64,000 nt of DNA from the NCBI GenBank assembly GCA_963696845.1, contig CAVOLR010000011.1:246148-310147 (forward strand), written 5' to 3'. The notes under the pieces are model-generated. The model searched no databases and had not been told where the DNA came from. It saw nothing but the letters and a program-made list of their open reading frames with translations. Source of the stretch: an uncultured Alphaproteobacteria bacterium. GTDB lineage: Bacteria; Pseudomonadota; Alphaproteobacteria; Rhizobiales; Xanthobacteraceae. Numbering within the stretch: position 1 is the stretch's first letter; each line of letters opens with the position of its first letter. Position numbers and translations under genes: made by a program. Below are positions 1-14,017 of the stretch, one piece after another.

Positions 1-138
1 CTGACAAGTCCGTGCTTGGATCGCTTGGCAGCACTTGAAAGTAATACCCTCCTAGTGCAGATTCGGAACGCGAATACGGCGGATGCAGCTCTGATCGAAT
101 GGCTCGAGGCGGCATAAAGTCATTATGCGGGGTAGAAA

Positions 139-888
139 GTGACGGACAAAGTAGCAATCATCACCGGCGGCAGCCGCGGCATCGGCCGCGCCACCGCGAT
201 TGCGGCGGCCCAGCGCGGCTACAAAATCGTGGTCGGCTATGCCAGCAATCATGTGGCCGCAAACGAAGTGGTTTCGATCATCGAGCGCTCCAACGGCAAG
301 GCTGTTGCGGTGAAATGCGACGTCGCCGAGGAGAGCGAAATCCTCAAGCTGTTCGAGGCCGGCGACAAGCTCGGCACGCTCGGCGCTCTCGTCAACAATG
401 GCGGCATTGTCGGCAAGAGCGGCGTGCGCGTCGACGAAATGAGCATCGAGCGCATCCAGCGCGTGATGGCGATCAACGTCACCGGCGCCATCCTCTGCGC
501 GCGCGAGGCGGTGAAGCGGATGTCGACCAAGCATGGCGGCAAGGGCGGCGTCATCGTCAACCTGTCGTCGGCCGCGGCCAAGCTCGGCGGCGCCAACACC
601 TATGTCGACTATGCGGCGTCGAAGGGCGCGATCGATTCCTTCACCATCGGTCTTGCGCAGGAAGTCGCGGGCGAAGGCATCCGCGTCGCCGCGATCCGGC
701 CCGGCCTGATCGATACCGAAATCCACGCCTCCGGCGGCGATCCCGATCGCGCGCATCGGCTGTCGCATATGGTGCCGATGAAGCGGGTCGGCAGCGCCGA
801 GGAAGTCGCCAACGCCGTCGTCTGGCTGATGTCGGAGGATGCGTCCTACGTGACCAGCGCCATCCTCGACGTGTCGGGCGGGCGCTAG
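139..888 (+). CDS. SDR family oxidoreductase
   Basis: TGGSRGIG Rossmann motif, NNGG, YAASK catalytic motif; 249 aa. Confidence 0.93.
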   Translation: MTDKVAIITGGSRGIGRATAIAAAQRGYKIVVGYASNHVAANEVVSIIERSNGKAVAVKCDVAEESEILKLFEAGDKLGTLGALVNNGGIVGKSGVRVDEMSIERIQRVMAINVTGAILCAREAVKRMSTKHGGKGGVIVNLSSAAAKLGGANTYVDYAASKGAIDSFTIGLAQEVAGEGIRVAAIRPGLIDTEIHASGGDPDRAHRLSHMVPMKRVGSAEEVANAVVWLMSEDASYVTSAILDVSGGR

Positions 889-968
889 CGCATGATCCGG
901 AAAAGTGTGAAGCGGTTTTCTCTCGCGACAAACGCCGGAGGCGTTTGCGCGGAGATCATGCGCAAAAC
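886..968 (+). repeat. TAG-anchored palindromic intergenic repeat (copy A)
   Basis: TAGCGCATGATCCGGAAAAGTGTGAAGCGGTTTTC...GATCATGCGC; similar copies at 46597, 47956, 55535. Confidence 0.85.
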
Positions 969-1009
969 ATAACGCCCTGTCATAAGTGTGAGCTACAGGA
1001 TTTCAAGTC

Positions 1010-2414
1010 ATGGCCAGTTACGATCTCGTCGTCATCGGTACCGGACCCGGCGGTTATGTCTGCGCGGTGCGCGCGGCGCAACTCGGCATGAAGGTCGCGG
1101 TGGTCGAGAAGAGCCCGACGCTCGGCGGCACCTGCCTCAATGTCGGCTGCATGCCGTCGAAGGCGCTGCTGCATGCCTCCGAGATGTTCGAGGAGGCCGC
1201 GCATTCCTTCGCCAAGATGGGCGTCAGCGTGTCCACGCCGAAGCTCGATCTGCCGGCGATGATGAACTTCAAGCAGCAGGGCATCGACGGCAACGTCAAG
1301 GGCGTCGACTTCCTGATGAAGAAGAACAAGATCGACGTCATCCACGGCAAGGGCAAAATACTTGGGCGCCGGCAAGGTCGAGGTCGCGGGCAGTGACGGC
1401 AAGACCCAGACGGTCGAGACAAAGAACATCGTGATCGCGACCGGCTCCGACATCGCGCGGCTCAAGGGCATCGAGATCGACGAGAAGCGCATCGTGTCGT
1501 CGACCGGCGCATTGTCGCTCGACAAGGTGCCGGGCAAACTGCTGATCGTCGGCGCCGGCGTGATCGGGCTCGAGCTCGGCTCGGTGTGGCACCGGCTCGG
1601 CGCCGAAGTCACCGTGGTCGAGTTTCTCGATCGCATCCTGCCGGGCATGGATGGCGAGATCGCGCGGCAGTTTCAGCGCCTCCTGGAGAAGCAGGGTTTC
1701 AAGTTCAAGCTCGGCGCCAAGGTCACGGGTGTCGATACCGCAGGCAAGACATTGAAAGCATCGGTCGAGCCTGCCGCGGGCGGTGCCGCGGAAACGCTGG
1801 AGGCCGACGTCGTGCTGGTGTGCATCGGCCGCGTGCCCTACACCGACGGTCTCGGACTGAAAGAGGCCGGCGTCGCGCTCGACAATCGCGGCCGCGTGCA
1901 GATCGATCCGCACTTTTCCACAAGCGTGAAGGGCATCTACGCCATCGGCGACGTCGTCGCCGGTCCGATGCTCGCGCACAAGGCGGAAGACGAAGGCGTG
2001 GCGTGCGCGGAGATCATCGCGGGCCAGGCCGGCCATGTGAACTACGATGTGATCCCAGGTGTTGTGTATACCACGCCGGAAGTGGCTTCCGTCGGCAAGA
2101 CCGAGGAAGAGCTGAAGGCGGCGGGAGTCCCGTATAATTCCGGTAAATTTCCGTTTACCGCCAACGGCCGCTCCAAGGTCAATCAGACCACGGATGGCTT
2201 CGTGAAGGTTCTCGCAGATGCGAAGACCGATCGCGTGCTCGGCGTGCACATCATCGGCATCGAAGCCGGTGAAATGATTCACGAAGCTGCGGTTTTGATG
2301 GAATTTGGCGGTGCGGCAGAGGACCTTGCCCGCACCTGCCACGCGCATCCGACGCGCTCCGAGGCGATCAAGGAAGCGGCGCTTGCAGTCGGCAAGCGCG
2401 CCATCCATATGTGA
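1010..2414 (+). CDS. lpdA: Dihydrolipoamide dehydrogenase (frameshift ~1360, probably sequencing error)
   Basis: [19 protein letters not shown] redox disulfide, C-terminal HAHPTRSE; split over ORFs 1010-1396 and 1362-2414. Confidence 0.95.
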
Positions 2415-2450
2415 TCGACGCCCAGCCCCAAGGTTGGGTAGAGATAGTGA

Positions 2451-2988
2451 ATGCTGCGCCGCCTCCTGCAACCGCTCTGGGTCCTGCTCGCGATCGTCTT
2501 TCTGATCGAGGCCTGGCTGTGGGATCACCTCGAGCCCATCGTCGCCTGGTTCGTGTCGATGCTTCCGATGCGGGCGTTCAAGCAATGGCTCGCCGATCGC
2601 GTCGATGCGCTGTCGCCTGCGATGACGCTGATCGTCTTCGCCGTTCCGGTGATTCCGCTGTTTCCGCTGAAGCTGGTCGGATCTGTGGCTGCTCGCCCAT
2701 GAATACTGGACCAGCGCCATCTTCACGATCCTGTTCGCGAAATTCGTCGGCGTCGGCGTCACCGCGTTCGTGTTCGACGTGACGCGCGACAAGCTTCTGG
2801 AAATGAACTGGTTCGAGAAGCTCTATGAATTCATCATGGCTCTGCGCGAAAAGGCCAAGGCCGTGGTCGAACCGGTCAAGCAGCGCATCGCCAACATGCT
2901 GCGCGGCGATGGCGATCGCGATGGCTGGTCGGTGCGGACGCTGCGATTGATCCAGCGCTTCCGCAGGGGCGTGCATCAGGCGCGCTAG
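2451..2988 (+). CDS. Hypothetical membrane protein (frameshift ~2680)
   Basis: Hydrophobic ORF 2451-2702 continues in another frame into 2770-2988. Confidence 0.7.
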
Positions 2989-3002
2989 CTTCTTCACGCA
3001 CT

Positions 3003-3117
3003 CAGTCCGTCGCCCGCATGTGCCAATTGGCCGGCGCGATCCAGTATTCCAGAGACGGCAGTGATTGAGTCGATAGGCCGCGGCGTACTGGATGCCCGGG
3101 TCGCGGGGCATGACAGT
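3003..3117. repeat. REP-like intergenic palindromic repeat
   Basis: GATCCAGTATTCC...CGCGGCGTACTGGATG inverted core between convergent genes. Confidence 0.6.
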
Positions 3118-3131
3118 GGAGTTTGAGCCGC

Positions 3132-3719
3132 CTAATGCAAATGCAGGATATGCGGGCTGAAGACGCCGAGCGCCGTCACCGCGATGCCGGCCAGCGTCAA
3201 CAGACCTGAAACCCAGACCAGCACCATCATGCCGGTGATGATCGCCGCCGACGCCAGCACGATCGCAATCTGGAAAGCGGCCGAGCCGAGCTCGAAGTGG
3301 TGGTACTTCGCGGTGGCTTCGTCGCGCTCGTGCTCGGCCTCCTTGGCGCGTTCGGACAATTGATCCTGCCCTTCGCCGGTCTTGGGATCGGAGCGGTAGC
3401 GCTCGGCGGTCTTCTGCCAGTCGTCGATCTGCTTTTGCAGCGCGGCCTTGGCGGCATCGTCGCCGGTGCCGAGACTTAACTTGCCTTGTTCGGCGGCGGT
3501 CTGCACCACGTTGCGGCGGATGCTCTTGGCCTGGAAGAAGGCCCACAGATTCGAGGCCTCGACATTCTTGCTGATCGATTCGGTCTGGGCACCCTTGCCC
3601 AGCGTCTCCGACAACGCCAGACACAAGGCAATCACGGCGATCAGCAGCGCGATCTTGCGGTTCTCGCCAGCGGCCTCCTTGGCGTGCTCCGACGTTTCCA
3701 TGGCTTCATGTGCGCTCAT
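3132..3719 (-). CDS. DUF4337-like membrane protein
   Basis: N-terminal TM, WAFFQAKSIR motif, coiled region, C-terminal TM pair. Confidence 0.75.
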   Translation of the reverse strand: MSAHEAMETSEHAKEAAGENRKIALLIAVIALCLALSETLGKGAQTESISKNVEASNLWAFFQAKSIRRNVVQTAAEQGKLSLGTGDDAAKAALQKQIDDWQKTAERYRSDPKTGEGQDQLSERAKEAEHERDEATAKYHHFELGSAAFQIAIVLASAAIITGMMVLVWVSGLLTLAGIAVTALGVFSPHILHLH

Positions 3720-3812
3720 GATTCCCTCCGCTCGCACTAGGTTCGGACACGATTGCCGAACAATGCAACCGGCGCAAGAGCAAACCGTGTGACGAAAAGG
3801 TGTCGGCGCGGT

Positions 3813-4778
3813 TCAGCCGCGCGGATGGGCGCTGCGATAGACTTCCAGCAGCCGCTCGCTGTCGATGCCGGTATAGATCTGCGTGGTCGAGAGCGAGGAA
3901 TGACCGAGCAATTCCTGGATCGCGCGCAGATCGCCGCCGCGCGACAGCAGATGGGTGGCAAAGGAATGCCGCAGCGCATGCGGCGTGGCGCTGTCGGGCA
4001 GTCCCAGCGCGCCGCGCAGCCGCGCCATCGCCAGCTGGATGATGCGCGCCCTCAAGGGGCCGCCGCGGGCGCCGACAAAGATTGGCCCTTCCGGCGGCAA
4101 GGCATAGGGGCAGATCGCGGCATAGTCGGCGATCAGCTGCAGCACGTTCTGCAGCACCGGCACCATGCGGGTCTTGTTGCCCTTGCCGGTGACGATCAGC
4201 ACGTCGCCTTCGCCGGGCTTCGGCACGTCGCGATGCTTCAGGCCGAGCGCCTCGGAGATGCGCAAACCCGAACCATAGAGCAGCGCCATCACGGCGGCGT
4301 CGCGCGCCAGCACCCAGGTCTCGCGGGTCTCGCCCGCGCGCTCGTCGGCATCGGCCAGCCGCTTGGCCGCCGCCATCGGCAGCGGCTTCGGCAGGGTCTT
4401 GCCGACCTTGGGCGCGCGGATCGCGGAGAGCGCGCCGACCTTGCCCTTGCCCTCGCGTTCGAGGAAGCGGCCGAAGGAACGCAGGCCCGCCAGTGAGCGC
4501 ATCAGCGAGCGGCTGGCGATGGCCTCAGCGCGGCGCATCGCCATGAAGGCTCGGATGTCGCTGGCTTCCAGCTTGGAGAAGCGCGCCAGCGTGACCCGTG
4601 TGCCCCAGTGCTCGCACAGGAAATCGAGGCACTGCCTGAGGTCGCGGGCATAGGCTTCCAGCGTCTTCGGCGACAGCCGCCGCTCGCTCTTCAGATGCGT
4701 CAGCCAGCGCGTCATCTGCAGCGCGACGCTGTCGTCGGCGCTGTCGAGCTCGATCGGTTGAACGGCCGGCTTGGCCAT
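3813..4778 (-). CDS. xerC: Tyrosine recombinase XerC
   Basis: LLYGSGLRISE, GKGNKTR, HALRHSFATHLL, LLGH, TTQIY catalytic residues; divergent from priA. Confidence 0.93.
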   Translation of the reverse strand: MAKPAVQPIELDSADDSVALQMTRWLTHLKSERRLSPKTLEAYARDLRQCLDFLCEHWGTRVTLARFSKLEASDIRAFMAMRRAEAIASRSLMRSLAGLRSFGRFLEREGKGKVGALSAIRAPKVGKTLPKPLPMAAAKRLADADERAGETRETWVLARDAAVMALLYGSGLRISEALGLKHRDVPKPGEGDVLIVTGKGNKTRMVPVLQNVLQLIADYAAICPYALPPEGPIFVGARGGPLRARIIQLAMARLRGALGLPDSATPHALRHSFATHLLSRGGDLRAIQELLGHSSLSTTQIYTGIDSERLLEVYRSAHPRG

Positions 4779-4888
4779 CTGGCACTTTGGCGAATTTGAT
4801 TCTCCTCACTATATCGCACCTCCTTCGTTTACCGTTCGCTAACTCGTGCTTGCGGCGGTACCCTTGAGAGGTCACAAGCCAATTCTCC

Positions 4889-7099
4889 ATGGACCACGCT
4901 GCGCACCAGACCTCCGCCTCCGCCGCATCGACGCGAATCGTCGATGTGCTGGTGCCGGTCGCGCTGAACCAGACCTATTCCTACCGCGTGCCGCGCGGCA
5001 TGGAACTGAAGGCCGGTGACGTCGTCGGCGTGCCGCTCGGTCCGCGCGAGGTGCTCGCGGTGGTCTGGGCCGAGAACGCCAATCCCGATCCGCGGCTGCA
5101 CAATCGCCTGAAAGACGTCAACGAGAAGCTCGACGTGCCGCCGCTGAAGGAAGAGCTGCGGTCGCTGGTCGACTGGGTGTCGAACTACACGCTATCGGCG
5201 CGCGGCATGGTGCTGCGCATGACCTTGCGGATGGGCGAGCATCTCGGGCCCGAGCGGATGCGCATGGGCGTGCGGCTGATCGGCGAGCCGCCGAAGCGGC
5301 TGACGCCGGCGCGGCGCCGCGTGATCGAGGTGCTGTCGGATCGCCTGCTGCACGGCAAGTCGGAGGCCGCAAAGGAAGCCGGCGTCAGCGCCGGCGTGAT
5401 CGACGGTCTCGTCGACGAAGGCACGCTCACGGTCGAGGCGATGCCGCGCCCTCTTGCCCCACCGGCTCCGGATCCGGCTTATTCGCAGCCGGAGTTCACG
5501 CGGCAGCAGCGCACCGCGGTCGATGCCATGCGCGCGCTTGCGGCGAACGGCACCTTTCATGTCGCCCTGCTCGATGGCGTCACCGGCTCGGGCAAGACCG
5601 AAGTTTATTTCGAGGCGATCGCCGAGATCATCCGCCGCGGCAGGCAGTCGCTGATCCTGATGCCGGAGATCGCGCTCACCGGCCAGTTCCTCGACCGCTT
5701 CGCGGCGCGCTTCGGCGTGCGGCCGCTGGAGTGGCATTCGGAGCTGACGCCGCGCACCCGCGCGCGCAACTGGGCTGCGATCTCGGCGGGCGAGGCGCCG
5801 GTCGTGGTCGGCGCGCGCTCGGCGCTGTTTCTTCCCTACGCCAATCTCGGTCTCATTGTCGTGGATGAGGAGCACGACCAGGCCTACAAGCAGGAAGACG
5901 GCGCGCATTATCACGCCCGCGACATGGCGGTGGTGCGCGGGCATATCGCGAAAATCCCGGTCGTGCTGGCGTCCGCAACGCCGTCGGTGGAGACGGAAGT
6001 GAATGCGCGCAAAAGCCGCTATCAGCGCATCGTGCTGCCGTCGCGCTTCGGCGGGCAGCATATGCCGCAGATCGAAGCAATCGATCTGAGACGAGAGATG
6101 CCGCCGCGCGGCCGCTTCATTTCGCCCGTTCTCGCCGAACACATCGGTCACGCCATCGAGCGGCGCGAGCAGGCGCTGCTGTTCCTCAATCGCCGCGGCT
6201 ATGCGCCGCTGACCTTGTGCCGCGCCTGCGGCCACCGCTTCGCCTGCACCATCTGCGATGCCTGGCTGGTCGACCATCGCTTTCGCCAGCGGCTGGTCTG
6301 TCATCACTGCGGCTTCTCGATGCCGCGCCCGCACGCCTGTCCGAACTGCGCGGCGGAGGAATCGCTGGTTGCGGTCGGACCCGGCGTCGAGCGCTTGCAG
6401 GAGGAGGCGGCACAGCTGTTTCCGGAAGCGCGCACCATGGTGCTGTCGAGCGATCTCATCACCTCGATCGAGACCATGCGCAGCGAGCTCAACGAGATCG
6501 CGGAGGGCCGCGTCGACATCATCATCGGCACGCAGCTGGTCGCCAAGGGCCACAACTTCCCGCGGCTCAATCTGGTCGGCGTGGTCGATGCCGATCTTGG
6601 GCTGGGCAATGGCGATCCGCGCGCCGCCGAGCGCACCTGGCAATTGCTCAACCAGGTGATCGGGCGCGCCGGCCGCGATCAGGGCAGGGGCATCGGCTAT
6701 CTGCAGACGCATCAGCCCGAGCATCCCGTGATGAAGGCGCTGGTCGCCTGCGACCGCGAGGCGTTCTATGCCAGCGAAATCGCCTCGCGCGAGCGCACGG
6801 GTTATCCGCCGTTCGGCCGGCTCGCGAGCCTGATCATCTCGGCCGGCGATCGCGCAACCGCCGAAGGCTATGCGCGCAAGCTCGTCGCAATCGCGCCGCT
6901 GGATGAGCGCGTGCAATTATTGGGGCCGGCCGAAGCGCCGCTCGCGGTCATCAAGGGCCGCTATCGCTTCCGCCTGCTGCTGAAATCCGCGCGTGGCTTC
7001 GACCTGTCGGATTATCTGCGGCACTGGCTCGCTGCTGCGCCCAAGCCGAAGGGCAATCTGAAGCTCGAGGTCGACGTCGACCCGCAGAGTTTTTTGTGA
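4889..7099 (+). CDS. priA: Primosomal protein N'
   Basis: GVTGSGKT Walker A, DEEH, Cys zinc-binding clusters, C-terminal VDVDP. Confidence 0.97.
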   Translation: MDHAAHQTSASAASTRIVDVLVPVALNQTYSYRVPRGMELKAGDVVGVPLGPREVLAVVWAENANPDPRLHNRLKDVNEKLDVPPLKEELRSLVDWVSNYTLSARGMVLRMTLRMGEHLGPERMRMGVRLIGEPPKRLTPARRRVIEVLSDRLLHGKSEAAKEAGVSAGVIDGLVDEGTLTVEAMPRPLAPPAPDPAYSQPEFTRQQRTAVDAMRALAANGTFHVALLDGVTGSGKTEVYFEAIAEIIRRGRQSLILMPEIALTGQFLDRFAARFGVRPLEWHSELTPRTRARNWAAISAGEAPVVVGARSALFLPYANLGLIVVDEEHDQAYKQEDGAHYHARDMAVVRGHIAKIPVVLASATPSVETEVNARKSRYQRIVLPSRFGGQHMPQIEAIDLRREMPPRGRFISPVLAEHIGHAIERREQALLFLNRRGYAPLTLCRACGHRFACTICDAWLVDHRFRQRLVCHHCGFSMPRPHACPNCAAEESLVAVGPGVERLQEEAAQLFPEARTMVLSSDLITSIETMRSELNEIAEGRVDIIIGTQLVAKGHNFPRLNLVGVVDADLGLGNGDPRAAERTWQLLNQVIGRAGRDQGRGIGYLQTHQPEHPVMKALVACDREAFYASEIASRERTGYPPFGRLASLIISAGDRATAEGYARKLVAIAPLDERVQLLGPAEAPLAVIKGRYRFRLLLKSARGFDLSDYLRHWLAAAPKPKGNLKLEVDVDPQSFL

Positions 7100-7110
7100 C
7101 GCGCGATTGC

Positions 7111-7195
7111 GTCATGGAGCGCAGCGAGCGAAGCGAATCCAGACCTCTCTCGCGGGTATCGATTCGGCTCACTTCGCTACGCTCCGCAATGACGA
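7111..7195. repeat. Degenerate REP-like repeat
   Basis: GTCAT..GCGAAGCGAATCC...CTCCGCAATGACG, resembles 40838-40922. Confidence 0.5.
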
Positions 7196-7202
7196 GGGGG
7201 AC

Positions 7203-7240
7203 AAAACGCCCGCCGTCATTTGCGACGGCGGGCTGTTTTG
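7203..7240. terminator. Bidirectional rho-independent terminator
   Basis: AAAACGCCCGCCGTC-ATTTGC-GACGGCGGGCTGTTTT between convergent priA and rlpA. Confidence 0.7.
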
Positions 7241-7314
7241 ACGCGCAGGAAGTTCCCGGCGCCCGTCCTGGACGCGGTACCTGCCAGGTCTGTTTGGAGA
7301 GAAGGCGCGAAGCC

Positions 7315-7807
7315 TTACGAAACGACCTCTGCGGTCACCTGACCGAGGCCTTCGATGCCGAGCGCGCGCGCTGCGGCGGTGGAGAGATCGAGCACGCGGC
7401 CACGCACGAACGGACCGCGGTCGTTGACGGTGACGACGACGCTCTTGCCGCCATGGCTCACGCGCAGCTTGGTGCCGAACGGCAGCGAGCGATGGGCGCA
7501 GGTCATGGCGTTCTGATTGAAGCGCTGGCCCGACGCGGTCTGGCTGCCCGAACTCGTTGCCGTAGAACGAAGCGACGCCGGAGAAGCTCTGTCCGGTGCC
7601 GGCATGCGCCATCGCGTTGGCATCCCGCCAGGAGGACTTGGAGCCCTCATCCGAATCGCGGCTGGCGATGTGGTGATGGCCATGATGCCTGGATCTGGCC
7701 GAGGCTTCGGTGGAGCTTGCACCGACCAGGAGAGTTGCGGCGATGAGCGCGAGCGCCGTGTGCGAGCGGGTTAGGGTCCCCGCCGTCGACTTCTTGGTTG
7801 TAAGCAT
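7315..7807 (-). CDS. RlpA-family (DPBB) lytic transglycosylase-like protein (frameshift ~7550)
   Basis: ASFYG, TASGQRFNQNAMTCAHRSLPFGT, VNDRGPFVRGRVLDLS; signal peptide. Confidence 0.88.
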
Positions 7808-7990
7808 CTACTTGTCCCTTAGAGTAGTATTGCCACATATGTGACAAGTGGAACCCCCGTCCCGTTTCGAAGAGCGGCCCGTGTTGCGTCGCAATATGGC
7901 GTGAATTGGGCAGTAAAGGCTGGATGTATCAGGCTGAAATATCTTGTTACTATGTTCCACTAATCATCAGACATTCCGTAATATTTCACT

Positions 7991-8006
7991 TTAACGAATT
8001 TTTAAC
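7991..8006. promoter_or_regulatory. CtrA-binding box
   Basis: TTAA-CGAATTT-TTAAC matches TTAA-N7-TTAAC in AT-rich region upstream of the rlpA-family gene. Confidence 0.65.
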
Positions 8007-8419
8007 CAATCAAATACTTATCGAATACTGAATAGTATGGTGTAGCTCAGTGGAGCTTATGTCTTGCCAAGTAATGCGCCCGCCGGTTGCACTCGGGGGA
8101 TTCGAGGGAACGATTTGGCGGCTCGGCGCGCGGCGCCAGGACGGGCTCGGCTGCGTGCAAAACGGAGCGTGTGGTTGGCGCTGAACGCCAACAAAAGCGG
8201 TGACTTGTGGATGATCCGGCGGCGGCGAATTGCGCGCCGCCGTCATGTTGCACCTGCGCGCACGCTATGTTAGCAAAGCCGCGATTTTAACGGACTGGCA
8301 CTCCGCGTGCCGGTCGAAAATCGAAGTCCCGCTTGAATTCCAAGGGCTTGGATCGCTAGGCGCCGCTTCGTGGCGACGGTTTTTCCCTTGCGAATTTGAC
8401 AGCTAAAAGAGCTAGGTCC

Positions 8420-10510
<2,091 letters not shown>

Positions 10511-10596
10511 ACATGGCGCGCCCGGCAAGTCCGGGCACGACGTAGAGAGGCTTGGCGATCGGGTCGCGAAGTCCGCATCGCCGGGGTGAGCGAAGA

Positions 10597-11472
10597 ATGG
10601 CGTCACTGAAAGACATGCGGAGCCGCATCGCCTCCACCAAGGCGACGCAGAAGATCACCAAGGCGATGCAGATGGTGGCGGCCTCCAAGCTGCGCCGCGC
10701 GCAGACCGCCGCCGAAGCCGCGCGGCCCTTCGCCGAGAAGATGGACGCGGTGATTGCCAACATCGCAAGCGCCGCCGCCGCCTCGCCCGGCGCGCCGCGG
10801 CTCCTGATCGGCACCGGCAACGACCAGGTGCATCTGCTGCTGGTCTGCACCGGCGAGCGCGGCCTGTCCGGCGCGTTCAACTCCTCGATCGTGCGGCTGG
10901 CGCGCGAGCGCGCCAATGCGCTGATGGCCGAGGGCAAGGACGTCAAATTCTTCTGCGTCGGCCGCAAGGGCTATGAGCAGCTTCGCCGCAATTTCGAGAA
11001 GCAGATCATCGAGCATATCGACCTGCGCGCGGTGCGACAGCTCGCCTTCAAGAATGCCGAGGACATCGCCGAGAAGGTCATCGCCCGCTTCGAGGCCGGC
11101 GAGTTCGACGTCTGCACGCTGTTCTTCTCGCGCTTCCGCTCGGTGATCGCCCAGGTGCCGACCGCCCAGCAGATCATTCCGCTGGAGATCAAGCAACAGG
11201 ACAGCAAGGCGGCCTCGACGAACTACGAATACGAGCCGGAAGAGGACGAGATCCTGACGCATCTGTTGCCGCGCAATCTCGCGGTGCAGATTTTCCGCGC
11301 GCTGCTCGAGAACAACGCCTCGTTCTACGGCGCGCAGATGAGCGCGATGGACAACGCCACCCGCAACGCCGGCGACATGATCCGCAAGCAGACCCTGATC
11401 TACAACCGTACGCGTCAGGCGATGATCACCAAGGAGCTGATCGAGATCATCTCCGGCGCCGAAGCAGTCTGA
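10597..11472 (+). CDS. atpG: ATP synthase gamma subunit
   Basis: [31 protein letters not shown]. Confidence 0.97.
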   Translation: MASLKDMRSRIASTKATQKITKAMQMVAASKLRRAQTAAEAARPFAEKMDAVIANIASAAAASPGAPRLLIGTGNDQVHLLLVCTGERGLSGAFNSSIVRLARERANALMAEGKDVKFFCVGRKGYEQLRRNFEKQIIEHIDLRAVRQLAFKNAEDIAEKVIARFEAGEFDVCTLFFSRFRSVIAQVPTAQQIIPLEIKQQDSKAASTNYEYEPEEDEILTHLLPRNLAVQIFRALLENNASFYGAQMSAMDNATRNAGDMIRKQTLIYNRTRQAMITKELIEIISGAEAV

Positions 11473-11483
11473 GGGAGGAAGCG

Positions 11484-11886
11484 ATGGCCTACCATACATC
11501 TGCAACCACCAAGGGCGGCCGCAACGGCCGCGCCGAGCTCGACAGCCACGGGCTGGCGCTCGCGATGGCGTTGCCGAAGGATCTCGGCGGCGCCGGCGAC
11601 GGCCACAATCCCGAGCAGCTGTTCGCGATCGGCTATTCCGCCTGCTTCGGCCAGGCGATCCTGGTGCTCGCCAAGAAGCATGGCGTCGACGGCCAGGCCG
11701 CCAAGGTCACCGCCGACGTGACGCTGAACACCGAGGCCGGCTTCTCGCTCGCGGTCGAACTGAAATGTCTCCGTTCCCGGCGCCGACAAGGACAAGGTCC
11801 AGGCGCTGATGGAAGAAGCTCACACCATTTGCCCGTACTCGAAGGCAACCAAAGGCAACATCCCGGTCAAGCTGACCGCGGTCTGA
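11484..11886 (+). CDS. ohr: Ohr/OsmC-family organic hydroperoxide resistance protein (frameshift ~11766)
   Basis: GGRNG, NPEQLFAIGYSACF; after removing one base continues VSVPGADKDKVQALMEEAHTICPYSKATKGNIPVKLTAV*; both catalytic Cys present; RBS GGGAGG. Confidence 0.88.
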
Positions 11887-11912
11887 TATTCGGATCGTAA
11901 GGAGACAGTTGA

Positions 11913-13356
<1,444 letters not shown>

Positions 13357-13366
13357 GCTTCATGAC

Positions 13367-13451
13367 TCGTCATTGCCGGGCTTGACCCGGCAATCCATCG
13401 AAGAAAGATCTTTTGATTGATGGACCCGCGGGTCAAGCCCGCGGGTGACAG
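13367..13451. repeat. REP doublet between atpD and atpC
   Basis: GTCATTGCCGGGCTTGACCCGGCAATCCATC ... GATGGACCCGCGGGTCAAGCCCGCGGGTGAC, two inverted hairpins. Confidence 0.8.
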
Positions 13452-13470
13452 CGGAAAGAACGGACAGACC

Positions 13471-13878
13471 ATGGCCACCTTTCACTTCGATCTCGTCTCG
13501 CCGGAAAAGCTGACCTTCTCCGGCGACGTCGATCAGGTCGACATTCCCGGCACCGAGGGTGACTTCGGCGTGCTGGCCGGACACGCGCCGATCGTGGCCG
13601 CGGTGCGTCCGGGCATCCTGACGATCATCACCGGCAGCACGAAGCAGAAGATCATCGTGCTCGGCGGCCTGGCCGAGATGTCCGAAAGCGGCCTGACCGT
13701 GCTCGCGAATGTCGCGACCACGATCGAGGAGCTCGACAAGGCCAAGTTCGCCGCGACGATCGGCGAGATGCAGGAAAAGCTGTCCGAGAAGGAAGGCAGC
13801 GAGCTCGACAACGCGCTCGAGCGGCTCGATCATTTCAAGAGCATCCAGCACGAGCTTGAAACCACCGCGATGCATTAG
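13471..13878 (+). CDS. atpC: ATP synthase epsilon subunit
   Basis: [24 protein letters not shown]. Confidence 0.95.
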   Translation: MATFHFDLVSPEKLTFSGDVDQVDIPGTEGDFGVLAGHAPIVAAVRPGILTIITGSTKQKIIVLGGLAEMSESGLTVLANVATTIEELDKAKFAATIGEMQEKLSEKEGSELDNALERLDHFKSIQHELETTAMH

Positions 13879-14017
13879 GCATCGCTCCGGCGAGCCCGCT
13901 CAAAATCCGAATGAAATCAGCCCGCGCCGCTTGCGGCGGGCGCCGGAACTCGGTTGCGTCGGATCGCCGTAAACGGCATTCTCTGCATACGCAGATCATG
14001 GTCCGGGGCTGGCATTC

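Noticed and set aside
3813-4778. Tyrosine recombinase as a mobile-element or integron integrase
   Set aside because: Sequence and the lpdA/priA context fit housekeeping XerC. No integron-integrase insertion or attC sites were seen, and it is 28 kb from the SBP array.
5192-6916. Long antisense ORFs (here and opposite atpA, atpD, ctpA, obgE, cpaC)
   Set aside because: Shadow ORFs expected from high-GC codon bias; no recognisable motifs.
8296-8311. Sigma54 promoter before atpH (TGGCAC-N5-GTGC)
   Set aside because: Imperfect -12 element and part of a simple palindrome; no supporting evidence.
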